Source of the DNA: Negaprion brevirostris
Lineage: Eukaryota
Assembly: GCA_030324005.1 (NCBI GenBank)
Contig: JARDVH010000084.1
Coordinates: 39,722,585-39,786,584, forward strand
Length of the DNA: 64,000 nucleotides
Direction of reading: 5' to 3'
In this document: positions 51,766-64,000 of the stretch, piece after piece
Position numbering within the stretch: position 1 is the first letter of the stretch
How the letters are laid out: every line of letters begins with the position of its first letter
Made by a program: the position numbers and the translations under genes
The notes under the pieces: generated by a model
The model's input: the letters and a program-made list of their open reading frames with translations, nothing else
Database searches by the model: none
What the model was told of the DNA's origin: nothing

Positions 51766-52984
51766 AACAGCTACATTTACCTATTTATAATATTTACATG
51801 GAAAAATATTTGTTACAACAGGAACTAGTTAATGTACTTTCTACATGGAAGTATTGATGCCACTGTGGTTGTAAACTGAAAGATCATTATGTGTGACCAA
51901 ATATTCCAGAAACTGTTACATTCAGTGAAGTACACTAGCTAAATTATGAAGGCTTCNNNNNNNNNNNNNNNNNNNNNNNNNNNNNNNNNNNNNNNNNNNN
52001 NNNNNNNNNNNNNNNNNNNNNNNNNNNNNNNNNNNNNNNNNNNNNNNNNNNNNNNNGCTAAATTATGAAGGCTTCCTTCCTATGTAGATGATGAAATTGA
52101 GTTTTTGATGCAGAAGATGAAAGATGATACTGGGATGGGAGTTAAGAAAGTAGGCATATCTGACCTGAAGGAATAAATGTAAGGCAAATTAACTATTCTC
52201 TTGTATTTTAAAATTGATATGTATGTTTCACTGTTGTTATTTTCATTGTGATCTGAGCAAATTAACGCAAGGGAATAGATAATACTTTAAAGAATATCAA
52301 CGTGATTGAGTTACACCCATTGGCCAAGGAAAACAGAAAATTGACACCCACTGCCCATGATTTGCCAATCATTAAATCGAATGTGCCCAAATTTTCACCT
52401 CTTCCTTCTTTTTATTTGAATAAAAATACTGTGTTTTTTTAAGGAAGTGTTTGTAATGGAAGTTTTCAAGCAGGTGAGATGCCCATCTGCAATGCCAACC
52501 CTGCCTATTACCTCCAGACGTGCAACAATTTCAATGCTGAGAGCAGTAAAATACTTTAGAAGTGTACAGAAGCACTGCATTAACTGGGTACATAATTTTA
52601 GCATCAGTGTCTAACAAGATTTTATAACTTTCTTATATTTATAGATTTACAATATGCTGAGACCTGAAGTTTGAGAGTTCCAAGAACTTTGAAGAATACT
52701 GCACAAGGCACTATATCCAGAGGGAATAAAGGAAGTAACCTGTGAGAGCTCTGAACAATCAAAAAGCTACAACCTGCCACCGAATCTGCCCCCACCCCAA
52801 CTGCATAATATAACTCAGTGTCTGCACCAGTTACATTACCCGAGTGTACACTTACATGGATTTTGACAATTGGCTGATGGGACATTTTCAGAAGGCTAGG
52901 GAAGAATGGGGTGGTATTGAATGTATTCTTGCAGATAATGTATTCTTTGCAGCGTAATTTATGGTTGTCTTGCAACAGCTTACT

Positions 52985-53500
52985 TGAGGATGGAAGTAGA
53001 TGGACAGTTTAGACAGGCAGTTCAGAGAGAGTTCATTAGATCGATTCCAGGATGAAGGACTTATGAAGAGAGATTGAGAAGCTTAGGCCTATGCTTACTA
53101 GAATTTAGAAGAATGAGAGGAGATCTAATTGAGCTATACAAGCTGCTGAAGGGGATTTACAGGGTAGATGTAGAGAGGATGTTTCCCCTTGTTGGACGTT
53201 CCAGAATGAGGGGCCATGGTTTTAGGCTAAGGGGTGGCAGATTTAAAACAGAAGTGAGGAGAAATTACTTCGCTCAAAGTAATCCATGGAATTCTCTATC
53301 CCAGAGTGCAGTGGACACTGGAACACTTAACAACTTTGAGGAGATAGGTAGGTTTTTAATTAGTAGTGGGATGAAGAGTTATGGGTAGCGGGCAAGAAGG
53401 TGAAAATGAAGCCAATATGAGATCAGCCATGATCATGTTGAATGGAGGAGCAGGCTCCAGGGGATGAATTGCCTACTCCTGCTCCAAGTTCTTATGTTCA
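52985..53500 (+). mobile_element. HER1/CR1 LINE 3' part
   Basis: LEFRRMRGDLIELYKLLKG...RGGRFKTEVRRNYF plus the 3' UTR. Confidence 0.9.
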
Positions 53501-54024
53501 GTTAGTCTTTGGTCACTCAACATCACAAAGTGCTCATTGTTTTCCCAGAAGTATGTTTCTGGATGTTGATTTTGCTTTGGTCAATGATTCACTGTTTTCC
53601 TAACTCTTACTGGTGTTCTCCTCTAATGATTACATCCCCAAGGATTATCACAAGACAAATCGATGGAGCTGACTTGTTTATAATAAGACACAGAAGAGAC
53701 GACTCCATGAGTAACTTCAAAATCCACTAGCACAAAGAGCAAGTGCATCGAAAATGCATCAACTACTCAGGTAAATAAACTCAGCACTTCAATGATGTAA
53801 ATCCATCAATTTACAATCCAATATCACTAATCTGATTAACTCAAACTTTATAAACAATGGATTCAAACTACTTCTAGCACATGGGAAGTTTGTTTAAAAG
53901 AAAAGTATTCCCACACTTATCAGGCTAATCAGTCCCTTCTCTTTTGTGGGTGAAATGGAAAAACTTGGTGTTCCTCCATTCAGATAAACCCAGCATTTTG
54001 CTGCAGCTAGGTATTGTAGGTTCA

Positions 54025-55215
54025 TTTTTATTTTTATTAATTCATGAGATGTGATATCGGTGGCAAGTCCAATGTTTATTGCTCATATTTAATTACCCTG
54101 GATAGGAATCATACAATCATTGAATCTTTACAGTATAGCGGAGGCAATTTGGCCCATTGATTCTGTACTGGCTCTTCGGAAGAGCATCCCATCCCCATAA
54201 ACCCCCTGCATTTAGCCTGCTAATTTCCCTAACCTACATCTTGAGATACTAAAAGGGGCAATTTAGCATGGCAAATCCATGTAACCTATACACCTTTGAA
54301 ATGTGGGAGGAAACCGGAGCACCCAAAAGAAACCCACGGAGATACAGCGAGAACGTGCATACTCCACACAGTCACCCAAGACTGGAATCAAACTCTGATG
54401 ACGTGAGGTAGCAACGCTAACCACAGTGTCACCATGCCACCCAAAGAAGCTGGTGAGCCATCTTCTGAAACCCCTGTAAAGATAGAGGTGCACCCACGAT
54501 GCTTTAAGGTCAGGGGTTTCAGATTTTGATCAAGCAACAGTGAAGAAATGGCAATGTATTTGGGTTAAGATGATGCGTCGGAGCCTGGATGTGGTAATGC
54601 TCCCATGGGCTTGCTGTCTTCAAGCTGGTAGAGGTGATGAGTCTGGCAGTTTCTGCCGTAGAAGCCTTAGCAAATTGTTGCAGTGCATATTGATGGTATA
54701 TACTGTAGCCATAGAGAAACACTGGGGAAAGATTAAATGTTTAACATGGTGCATGGGGTGCCAATCAAGCAGGCTGCTTTGTCCTGGGTAGAATTGAACT
54801 TCTCAAGTATTGTCAGAGCTACACTTATCCGGGTAAGTGGAGGGTATTACACCACACTCCTAACTTCTGCCTGTAGGTGGTCGAATAACTTTTGGACGTC
54901 AAGAGATGAGTAGCTTGCCACAGAATTCCTGGTCTCTGACCTGCTCTTGTAACCACTGTGTTTATATGGCTTGTCCAGTTAAGTTTTTGGCTACTGGTGA
55001 CCTTCAGGATGTTGATGGAGGAAGAGCTGATGATAGTTATGCTACTAAACGTCAAAGAGAGGTGGTTAACTCTTTCTGGTTGAAGATGGTCATTGCCTGT
55101 CACTTGTGTGTTGTCAACGTTACTTGCCACTTATCGATCGAAGTCTGAATGTTGTCCATGCAGGCATGGATTGTTTCTTTAATCGGAGGAGTTGCAACTG
55201 GAACTCAGCAATGTG
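54025..55215 (-). mobile_element. CR1-like LINE (second family) 3' part, interrupted by a SINE
   Basis: Minus-strand peptide KLNWTSHINTVVTRAGQR; tail remnant at 54025-54100. Confidence 0.75.
54105..54442 (-). mobile_element. HE1-type V-SINE
   Basis: Reverse head, V-domain and tail, inserted into the LINE. Confidence 0.85.
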
Positions 55216-55277
55216 AAATCGAGATCACTGATAAGGTTTGTTCAAGTGCTCTCGAATATAAAAAGAATAGGAGCAGG

Positions 55278-55780
55278 ATCATAGAATCATAGAAACCCTC
55301 CAGTGCAGAAAGAGGCCATTTGGCCTATCGAGTCTGCACCGACCACAATCCCACCCAGGCCCTACCCCCATATCCCTACATATTTACCCACTAATCCCTC
55401 TAANNNNNNNNNNNNNNNNNNNNNNNNNNNNNNNNNNNNNNNNNNNNNNNNNNNNNNNNNNNNNNNNNNNNNNNNNNNNNNNNNNNNNNNNNNNNNNNNN
55501 NNNCACAGTGGTTAGCACTGCTGCTTCACAGCTCCAGGGACCTGGGTTCGATTCCCGGCTTGGGTCACTGTCTGTGTGGACTTTGCACATTCTCCTCGTG
55601 TCTGCGTGGGCTTCCTCCCACAGTCCAAAGATGTGCGGGTTAGGTTGATTGGTCATGTTGCATTGACTGTGGTGTTGGGGGATTGATGAGGTGGATGTGT
55701 GGCGTTGCAGGTGAGGGGCTTGGCTGGGATTGTGGTCAGTGTGGACTCCTTCTGTACTGTGCAGATTCTATGATTCCATG
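55278..55780. mobile_element. Two HE1 SINEs in opposite orientation across an N gap
   Basis: Minus tail at 55278-55403; plus copy at 55504-55780. Confidence 0.75.
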
Positions 55781-55799
55781 AAGAGGAGGGGTCATTTAT

Positions 55800-58400
55800 A
55801 GTTGTTATGTATGTGGGACATAGTCCCTTTAAGAGAATGGGTCTGGTGACCTGGGGAGGGGCAAGGGGTGACCTGTCCAGAAAATCACCCCTACGAGCAG
55901 TTGAGGGCTGGAGTGCTAGAAGTACAGTTCATTAATAAACATTATTGTTCCTATGGCTTGTCTCCACATGAGTTCTTTGGAGTTATCTCACCCAGTCTCC
56001 ATCCCAATACTCTGAGTTAACACTCGTGATGACCATTGGTGTCTTGCTTCCACGACTGTGATAATCAATGAGGAAGATCGAGCCATCACTTTCACGTCAT
56101 CTTCACTCTCTAAGGCTGAGAAAAATAACACACAAATAGAGAAGGGGGCACTGGGTATCATTTTTGGACTGGTGAATTTCCACCAATTCCTGTCTGGTTA
56201 GAAATTGATCCTGCTAAATGGGCAACAGACCACTCAAGAATTTTGGGCCTCTATTCAGGTATTCCATCAAGGGCTGCCGCAAGGTTGCAAACGTGGGCAT
56301 TGATCTTGTCAGGACATTCATATGAAATCCGTTATCACCTGTCGAACCTCCACACCAATGCAAACATATTATCAAGACCATCTTTGCTAGGGAACGGGGA
56401 GAATTCCGAAGATATAGTGAAGATAATATATTTTTCACAAAAGAATACAGTTTCAACAACAGCTGCGAATGTTAAGCAAGCCACAAGAAAAGGCCCCATA
56501 CTGTGTCAAGTAAATGGATCTCAGCCGGGGGTGGGGAATGAGATATCACAGGAAGGATCCAGACCTGAGGCCCTACTTCAACCGACAGTGGGAAATGTCA
56601 GTACAGAACTGTAGGAGCATTTTCAAAGACTATGTACTAAGTTGGCTTTCACGTGAGGGATTTGCCTTCTTAACTGCAGTTCAGCTAACAAAGACTCGCA
56701 GAGACAATTACGCTGGTAAAGAACATTTTATTTTCCAAGTTCACTCAATGTACAAGGGAGAGAGATTTGGGGCCATTCCAAATCACTCTGAAATTATATT
56801 ACTCAGTCTCACAATTATACAATTTTCGAAAGTCATTTACCCAACCCTTGCTCACCCCAGCCAAGTATGAGCCAATAGTTATTAGATTATTTACCTTGGC
56901 CAATAGCATTAACTTCTGACAACATGGGACTATGTGATCAGTTTGTGGACTATGGAAGTCTTTCTCACAGTCACCTGACACCTTCCAGACCCTCTTATCC
57001 GGTGTAATGTATATCTTATTCATTAGGAATGTCTAGGGGCAGTGATAAGAGTTGCTCTTTCCTTCACTCAGTTACTACTTTGTTCTGAGGAATATGGTTC
57101 TTTTGTTTAACTATGTCCCATCATGCCTTAGAGCATTGTGTCATTAACCAAGGTATATGCTTTTAATCCAGAATACGTTTTCAAAAATACGTGTCTAAGT
57201 TCTCGAACAGTGGTCATAGGTATCTCTATGTAAACAGTATTCTTCGGCCTCTTTGTAACTTCGCTATACTCTGTACACTTTGATCTAATCTATCCTGATC
57301 TGTTAGTCTTTTAATCCTAAATTATTCTAAATTTCCTCTTACAAGGTTGGCTATGTGGTTCGTTATCCCGACAGTGTTGAGGAGGAAGATGCTGGAGTAA
57401 CTGTACTAAGGGCACCCAGAGTGGCACAGATGAAAGAGGTGGCCAGGAGTTATGCCTGGTGGCCAAACATTGATGCTAGCATAGAAGGGAAAGCACGAGC
57501 ATGGGTGGTACGCTCCCAAATTCAGAAAGCACCAGTAGTGTCACCATTACATTCTTGGGTATGTCGAAAAGGATTGTGGAAACACGCTCATCTCGATTTC
57601 GCTGGACGAGTGAAAAGCTACACTGGTGACACTTACTTTGAGTGGCCGGAGGTGAATTGCATGAAAATAGCTACCACAGAGGCGACCTTGGGCAGACTTG
57701 ATGACCAGTTCACCAAGTTTGGTTACCCAGAGCAACAGGCCACAGTTTGTGTCATGGGAATTTGAAAAGTACATGGAACTGTATGGCATTCACCATATCA
57801 TCTGGCAAAAAAATGGTCTAGCCGAGCAGTTTGTGCAGTTGGCAAAATACTCGGTGGAGACTTCAAAAGGAAAAGGTCGTTGAGACAAAGAAAGGTGAAC
57901 CAGTTTCTAAATATGTATAGAAACACACCACATGCAACAACAAAATGCACCCCATTCCCCAGCAACGCTGATGCTGGGAAGATAGTTACAGACAATATTT
58001 AATTTACTGCGACTGCAGGAGACCAGACGAGTAGTGTAGAGAAGTCAAGAAGGCAAATGGATCAGCAAACCAAGTATGCACAACTGAGAACTTTTTTGAA
58101 AAGACATAGCAGTTCTAGTGAGGAATTATGTCCTGGGGAGGAGGTAGGTTCTAGCAGGAATACGAGCCAAGATTGGACCCAAAACTGGAGATGCGAGGTG
58201 TGCCGTTCCTGTGGTTAATGTGCAGCTGAGATGACCTGTGGTTTCCAAGGTCAAGGAGGTAGAAGATACAGAGGAGGATGTTGGCCCTGGATTGATGGGT
58301 TTCCCTTTTGCATCAGCCTGCCTGGATTCTATACTCACTGGAGGACCCAGTATCTTCCTCCATAGTCCAGAAATCTCCAAACCAACTGAACTTTTCTCTT
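55800..58400 (+). mobile_element. Degenerate Ty3/Gypsy pol (RNase H and integrase) with possible LTR remnant
   Basis: LSKAEKNNTQIEKGALGIIFG, AAARLQTWALILSGHSYEIRY, MKEVARSYAWWPNID, HLDFAG, NGLAEQFVQ, YRNTPHAT; TG...AATAAA segment at 55803-55940. Confidence 0.88.
56610..57343 (-). mobile_element. Solo LTR inserted into the Gypsy pol
   Basis: TGTAGGAG...CTCTTACA inverted ends; minus-strand TATAA (56815-56819) then AATAAA (56727-56732); Gypsy-like peptide continues on both sides. Confidence 0.65.
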
Positions 58401-59259
58401 GGGTGCCTTTGGTGTTTCATTGTGCCATGAATACCTATGTATAATGATATTCCTTTCGTTTTCATTCATAGGTGGACTCAGGCATTAACAGTGATTTCAT
58501 ACTGTTTAATATGTTTGATTTGTGTGACAGATAGAGAAAATAATATAGCACAGTCTTTGGGGAAGCAGAGTATCTTGATCAGAAACTGTGGGGCTTCTGG
58601 GTTTTGAGTGCATGTGTGGTTGGAAACTGCTGTCTGATTTCCATATGAATAACAGCAAGTGCTGTTTGCCCCTGTAATTCCCACTGCGAAATCTGGCAGA
58701 ATGCACTTAACTATAGATAATCCACTTTCCAGCCATGAAAACTACTGGGGACGGAAAAAGAATTTACTGCTCACAAAAATTATCATTTGACAAGTGTGAC
58801 AAACCATGAATAACTGACAGATATGTTATATATATATATAAAAAGCAGATTGCAAGAATGGCAGTTGCAAACTGCTTTTTTATATGTAACCAGATTTTAA
58901 AAAAATTAAATCAATTGATAGCCCTTGAGGGGTACTGTAACTAAAGAAAAATATTGTAGTAGCCTTACCAAATTAAATTAAAATATAGGTTCAGGGCTTA
59001 TAATGCACTCCAGCCCTTCACAGTGCACCAATCGCAGAAGGCTTCAAGCGTGCCAGTGGGTATGGTGTGCCCCCTCTCCAGGGACACCCAGACAGGGATA
59101 CAGTCGCAGAAGTGGGCAGGCTAACTCCCGTATGCTTCTGATGAAACAAACATCAATAAATTAAGCGAGAGGTGACATCCCCTGGTGGAATACCGTTGCA
59201 AAAAATTAAAACTTCAAAAATCAAACTAAAATGTCAAAATGGCCACCAGTCACGGTAGG

Positions 59260-60692
59260 GCTAAATATTAGTTTAAATATATAAAAGATAAGAGGCAAAA
59301 GTAGCCATCAAACCACTGGAAAATGAGGCTGGATAAGTAATAATAGGAAACAAAGCAATGGCAGAGGAACTGAGTAGTTACTGGAAAGCAGCTAATGTAA
59401 TACCGCTGTTTAAGAAGGGAGAGAGGCTGCAGATGGGAATCTATAGGCTGGTTAACCTGACCTCACTTACTGGCAAGATTTTAGAGTCTATTATTAAAGA
59501 TGAGATCATAGAGTACTTGGAAGTGCTTGATAAAGTAGGAATGAGTCAGCTTTGTCAAGGGGAGATCATATCTGACAAATCTGTTAGAGTTCTTAGAAGA
59601 GGTACAAGGAAGTTAGATAAAGGAGAACCAGTGGATGTGATTTATTTAGATTTCCAGAAGGCCTTTGACAAGGTTCCACATAGGAGACTGTTCAATAAGT
59701 TAAGTGCTCATGGTGTTATGGTAAGATCCTGGCATGGACAGGGGATTGGCTGACTGGCAGAAGGCAGAGAGAGAGGATAAAGGGTATTTTCCAGGATGGC
59801 AGTGGTGACTAGTGATGTGTCTCAGGGATTAGTGCTGGGACCACAACTTTTCACAATATACATTAATGATTTGGAGGAAGAAACTGAAGGTGCTGACGCT
59901 AAGTTTGCAGATGAAATAAAAGATATGTAGAGGGACAGGTAGTATTGAGGAAGCGAGGGGGGCTGCAGACGGACTTGGTCAGATTAGGAGAGTGGGCAAA
60001 AAAGTGGCAGATGGAATACAATGTGGATAAGTGTGAGGTTATGCACTTTGGAAGGATGAATGGAGGCATAGACTATTTTCTAAATGGAGACATGCTTAGG
60101 AAATCAGAAACACAAAGGGACTTAGGAGTCATTGTACAAGATTCTCTTAAGGTTAATGTGCAGGTTCAGTCAGCAGTTAGGAAGGTAAATGCAACATTCG
60201 TATTTATGTCGAGAGGGCTAGAATACAAGAGCAGGAATGTTCTTCTGAGGCCGTATAAGGTTCTGGTCAGACCCCATTTGGAGTATTGTGAGCAATTGTG
60301 GGACCCCTATCTAAGGAAGGATGTGCTGGCATTGGAAAGGGTCCAGAGAAGGTTCACAAGAATGATCCCTGGATAGAGTGGACGTGGAGAGGATGTTTCC
60401 ACTAGTAGGAAAAACTAGAGCCAGAAGGCACAACCTCAGGCTAAAGGGATGATCCTTTGAAACAGAGATGAGGAGGAATTTCTTCAGCCAGAGACTGGTA
60501 AATGTGTGGAACCCTTTGCCACAGAAGGCTGTGGAGGCTAGGTCATTGAGTGTCTTTAGACAGAGATAGATAGGTTCTTGATTAATAAGCTGGGTTAAGG
60601 GGAAAAGTCAGGAGAAAAAATTCAGCCATGATTGAATGGTGGAGCAGACTCGATGGGCCGAGTAGCCTAATTCTGCTCCTGTGTCTTATGGC
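59260..60692 (+). mobile_element. HER1/CR1 LINE, RT to 3' end, with internal deletions
   Basis: [62 protein letters not shown], plus the 3' UTR. Confidence 0.93.
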
Positions 60693-60983
60693 TAAATTGT
60701 ACTGATGGACACTGCACACTCCTCTCCAGGGCTCTCCAGCTGGGAACATAGCCACAGTAAGAGGGGTAGATTAATTCTCTTTCTACGTGATTTCAGTCAT
60801 CAAACAAACAATGCCCATCACCTGTGACTCTTCATAACAACATGATCAACAAACCACTAACAGTCAGAAGCTGAGCTGAAGGTAAAATATGACAACATTT
60901 GCAAAAAAACTCATTTGGACTCAAACTTTTGCAAGGGAGAGGAATCTAGTTAGTAATTAAGGAATAGAGTTTGAAGCAGTGAC

Positions 60984-61168
60984 CATAAGACATATGAAAA
61001 GAAGTAGGCCATCGAGTCTGTTCCGCCATTCAGTGAGATCATGATTGATCTGAAATGATAATCCTCAACTCCACTGTCAATTATATCAGATCAGTCATGA
61101 TCTCATTGAAAGGTGGAGCAGACCTGATGGGCCAAGTGATCTACTTGTGTTCCTGCATCTTGTCTTAT
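60984..61168. repeat. Inverted repeat made of two CR1 3' tails
   Basis: Arms of ~80 bp are imperfect reverse complements around a ~17 nt spacer. Confidence 0.75.
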
Positions 61169-61171
61169 CAT

Positions 61172-61370
61172 CTAGAATCATAGAAACCCTACAGTGCAAA
61201 AAGAGGCCATTTGGCCCATCATTGACCATTGCCTGCACTGACCACAATCCCACCCAGGCCCTACCCCCATATCCCTACATATTTACCCACTAATCCCTCT
61301 AACCTACGCATCTCAGGACACTAAGGGGCATTTTTAGCATGGCTAATCAATCTAACCCACATATCTTTGG
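61172..61370 (-). mobile_element. HE1 SINE 3' half
   Basis: Nearly identical to 55281-55403; followed by a minus CR1 remnant to ~61645. Confidence 0.85.
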
Positions 61371-62659
61371 AATATGCCATTTGTGCCCATGAGGCCTATC
61401 TGCCATTCAATGAAAATATTCACTCCACTTTCTTGCTCGCTTCCCAAAACCTTTGATTCCCTTGTATCAAAAATCTGTCTAACTCAGCCTTGAATATATT
61501 CAATGAACCAGTCTCCACTGATTTCTGGGGTAGTGAATTCCAAAGAATAATGGCCCTCTGAGAGAACAAAATTCCTTCCCACCTCCATCTTTAACGGGGG
61601 ACTCCATACTTTTGAATAGCATCCCGCAAGTTCTGCATTCCCCCATGCATTCAGCATGGCAAGCCCAAGAACAGACAGATGGTCAACTTTCTGCAGTTGG
61701 TGGCATCAACGTTATGCCATAAGGTACTATTATAATATGCATCTAAAATGCTGTAATCTCCGCAAGCTGGGTGTTGTCTTATTAGTTCGAAAAGCTAATT
61801 TCTCAACAGCAATTCAGGTAAATTACAAAAATCAGCCCGAGGCAGATGAAATATATCTGTGGCTGGACTTCAGAAGATTTTGAAGTATACTAATAACTAG
61901 GGAAGAAAATAGGAATACTGTCTGACTGAACAACAGACGAGATGGATATCCAACTAGCTAACCTCTCATGAACTGTCCTACTACACATTTCTCTTCTAAG
62001 CTCTGCTCCATTTGGCAACACAAGCCATCCTCTGGCAGGCAACTTTGTGTATACGCATCTAGTATCTTGAAAGCATCAATTCCTTGCCAAGTGCCACTAT
62101 AATCCTAAAAACCCATCTTCACAGCCAACTCCTCAGTCACAGAAATAGAGTGTTTGTACTGTGCAACTTGAACCTGATCCAATTTTTCAATTGAGGTAAA
62201 AAGCTGCTCCTTGCCCTCCTCTGTCTTCCTTTTCTGTGTTGCTGCCACATAACCACCTTGTTCTACTCTGGGGCAGCTGCCAGATAGACCAGCAGAAGCT
62301 CCAAGCAGCACCCATCCAAGATCTGAATACAGCGTCCAAGTCCAGGTCGCCTGCTGCACAGACAGGGAATCCCCATTATGCCATCGCCAAGTTACTGTAA
62401 TGTTGGACACTACCTTTGGCATTTACACTATGCTAAAGTCCTAATCAGCTCTAGTATCAATGTGATTTAATTCACTCACATTTCATTAGTCTCCTCTGAA
62501 ACAAAAATAGATGTTGGCTAAGGTACAGCAGCTTGTCAATTTATTTTCCTGTTAATATTTACCAGTTGCTAATGATGTGCCAACAAACAAAGGAGCTCAA
62601 GTCAGAATCCGTATTTCTACACCGTAGTACTGAAATAAAACAGACTTGAAATCTGAAGC

Positions 62660-63250
62660 AAAGTACGCCTGCGCAAAACCCTTTGCACTGCAGCACATGG
62701 TATCTTGACGTGGCTTTCACATCAGCCATTTTATGTAATAGCAGACGCCATTTTAAGTATTCATGAAGACTGATTCCAAGTACAAGATGAGATGCTTTTC
62801 TTCGGGGTGTTTGTACTTTAAGCTTATGGATTTCAAAGCCAACTTAATTTCCCTCAACATGCTGCTTTTTAAATAAAATGTAAAGTGGTTCTCCTTTTTT
62901 ATGATTTACACAGATAAAGGCCTTTATGTGGCAGCCATTTTACAACTGTTTTGCTTCCCTCACTATTGTGCTCTTTAAATAAGCCTGCCAAATACAGCAA
63001 GTGAATTGTGTATTTACTGCTTGAATTGCTGGATGACATTATTGCTGCCTGTGCCAAGGAGCAGCTGCCAAATCCAGCCACATTCTCTTTTAAAAACTGA
63101 AGACAAAATCCCTGAGAACGTAGTTACAGTTTTGAACCGAGCGCTCAGCTTTGCCCTTGGCAGCCATTTTAGGTATTGGCAACCATTTTGAGAATTTCTC
63201 TGGCACAGCTACAGTTCACGCCGTCACACGTTAAGTGAACAGCGGGTAAG
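62660..63250. promoter_or_regulatory. Candidate intronic regulatory element with a YY1-type motif cluster
   Basis: Four GCCATTTT plus one ACCATTTT on the same strand, a TGACGTGG, retained CpGs and no recognisable repeat. Confidence 0.4.
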
Positions 63251-64000
63251 AAACCAGCTTGGTCCAAATTAAACAAGTGCAGGTAGTACAGGTATAAATT
63301 GCTTTTCTTGGCTCTGCAGAAAAACATATTTACTTCATCATGAAGTCTAGGTGCACACTATGCCACTAGATCACAGGCTATAACCACAATTCAAAGAATA
63401 TTTACTACAAACTGAACAAGTCCATTAATACTTCTTCTGTAGCACATCCTGCCAACCAAAATCTGCACATAAATTCAACAGCTAAAAGAAAGCTCTAAAT
63501 TCAGTTGCCAAATAAAATAGTCTAATTTTTTTTTTCTTTTCAACACCTTGTTGCTTTTTTGAAAAACAATTTAACCCACAAAATACTGAACGAAGGAGAT
63601 AGTAAACAGACTAAAACACAGATCAATATGCAACAGCACTTCTATTAATAATTCTTGGGTTCCAATTTCGGTGAAGAATACAACTGTAGGAAGAACATAT
63701 CAAAACGTCAAATGCACTTCTTGTGGTTAATGTGCCAATAGAAAAAAAAACCAATGGCTATATTGTTTAGACACTAGTTCTAGCTTTCTGAAGCACTATG
63801 TTGCAACCAAGAACCAAGTAATTTCTCAAACAGCTGTCATCAAAATGGTATTTGTGTGACCTTACAACCGTTCAGTTCTGCACTGGCCATATCACAAGAT
63901 TACATCAGCATGCTGTGCTGTGGGGCAACACAGGTAAACAGTGAGCACCTGATAATGCAATGGAGAATTCCTTCAGAAAATCAATACGTATATTTTTAGA

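Larger units (their letters stand above)
10749..64000 (-). other. NFIA: NFIA large upstream intron (intron 2 equivalent), partial
   Basis: No NFI DNA-binding-domain exon was seen upstream in the window; this intron is known to be very large in vertebrate NFIA. Confidence 0.75.

Noticed and set aside
51938-52075. gctaaattatgaaggcttc on both sides of an N gap
   Set aside because: Most likely overlapping contig ends from scaffolding, not a biological repeat.
57355-60376. Integrase and RT ORFs as functional or domesticated genes
   Set aside because: Multiple stops, frameshifts and deletions indicate neutral decay.

Overview
AT-rich vertebrate genomic DNA with N-gaps. The repeat content (HE1/V-SINEs, HER1/CR1 LINEs) points to a shark, probably a carcharhiniform; that assignment is inference. 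The window lies inside the NFIA (Nuclear Factor I A) gene on the minus strand. One 63-nt coding exon (10686-10748; DSGQSESPSQESEDIKDQPENG) matches the NFIA exon that follows the DNA-binding-domain exon (exon 3 in mammalian numbering). The rest is intronic: upstream intron 10749-64000 and downstream intron 1-10685. The introns carry decayed mobile elements (HE1 and other SINEs; CR1, L2, RTE, Rex1 and Vingi-like LINEs; Penelope fragments with hammerhead-like motifs; Gypsy remnants; a nested solo LTR; MITEs) between repeat-free blocks that may be conserved non-coding elements. No intact novel multi-gene system is visible. The best leads are two candidate cryptic NFIA exons, a V-SINE variant with an apparently Rex1-derived tail, a sense-oriented solo LTR, a YY1 motif cluster and several hairpins. 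Repeat boundaries and family names were assigned by eye and are approximate.
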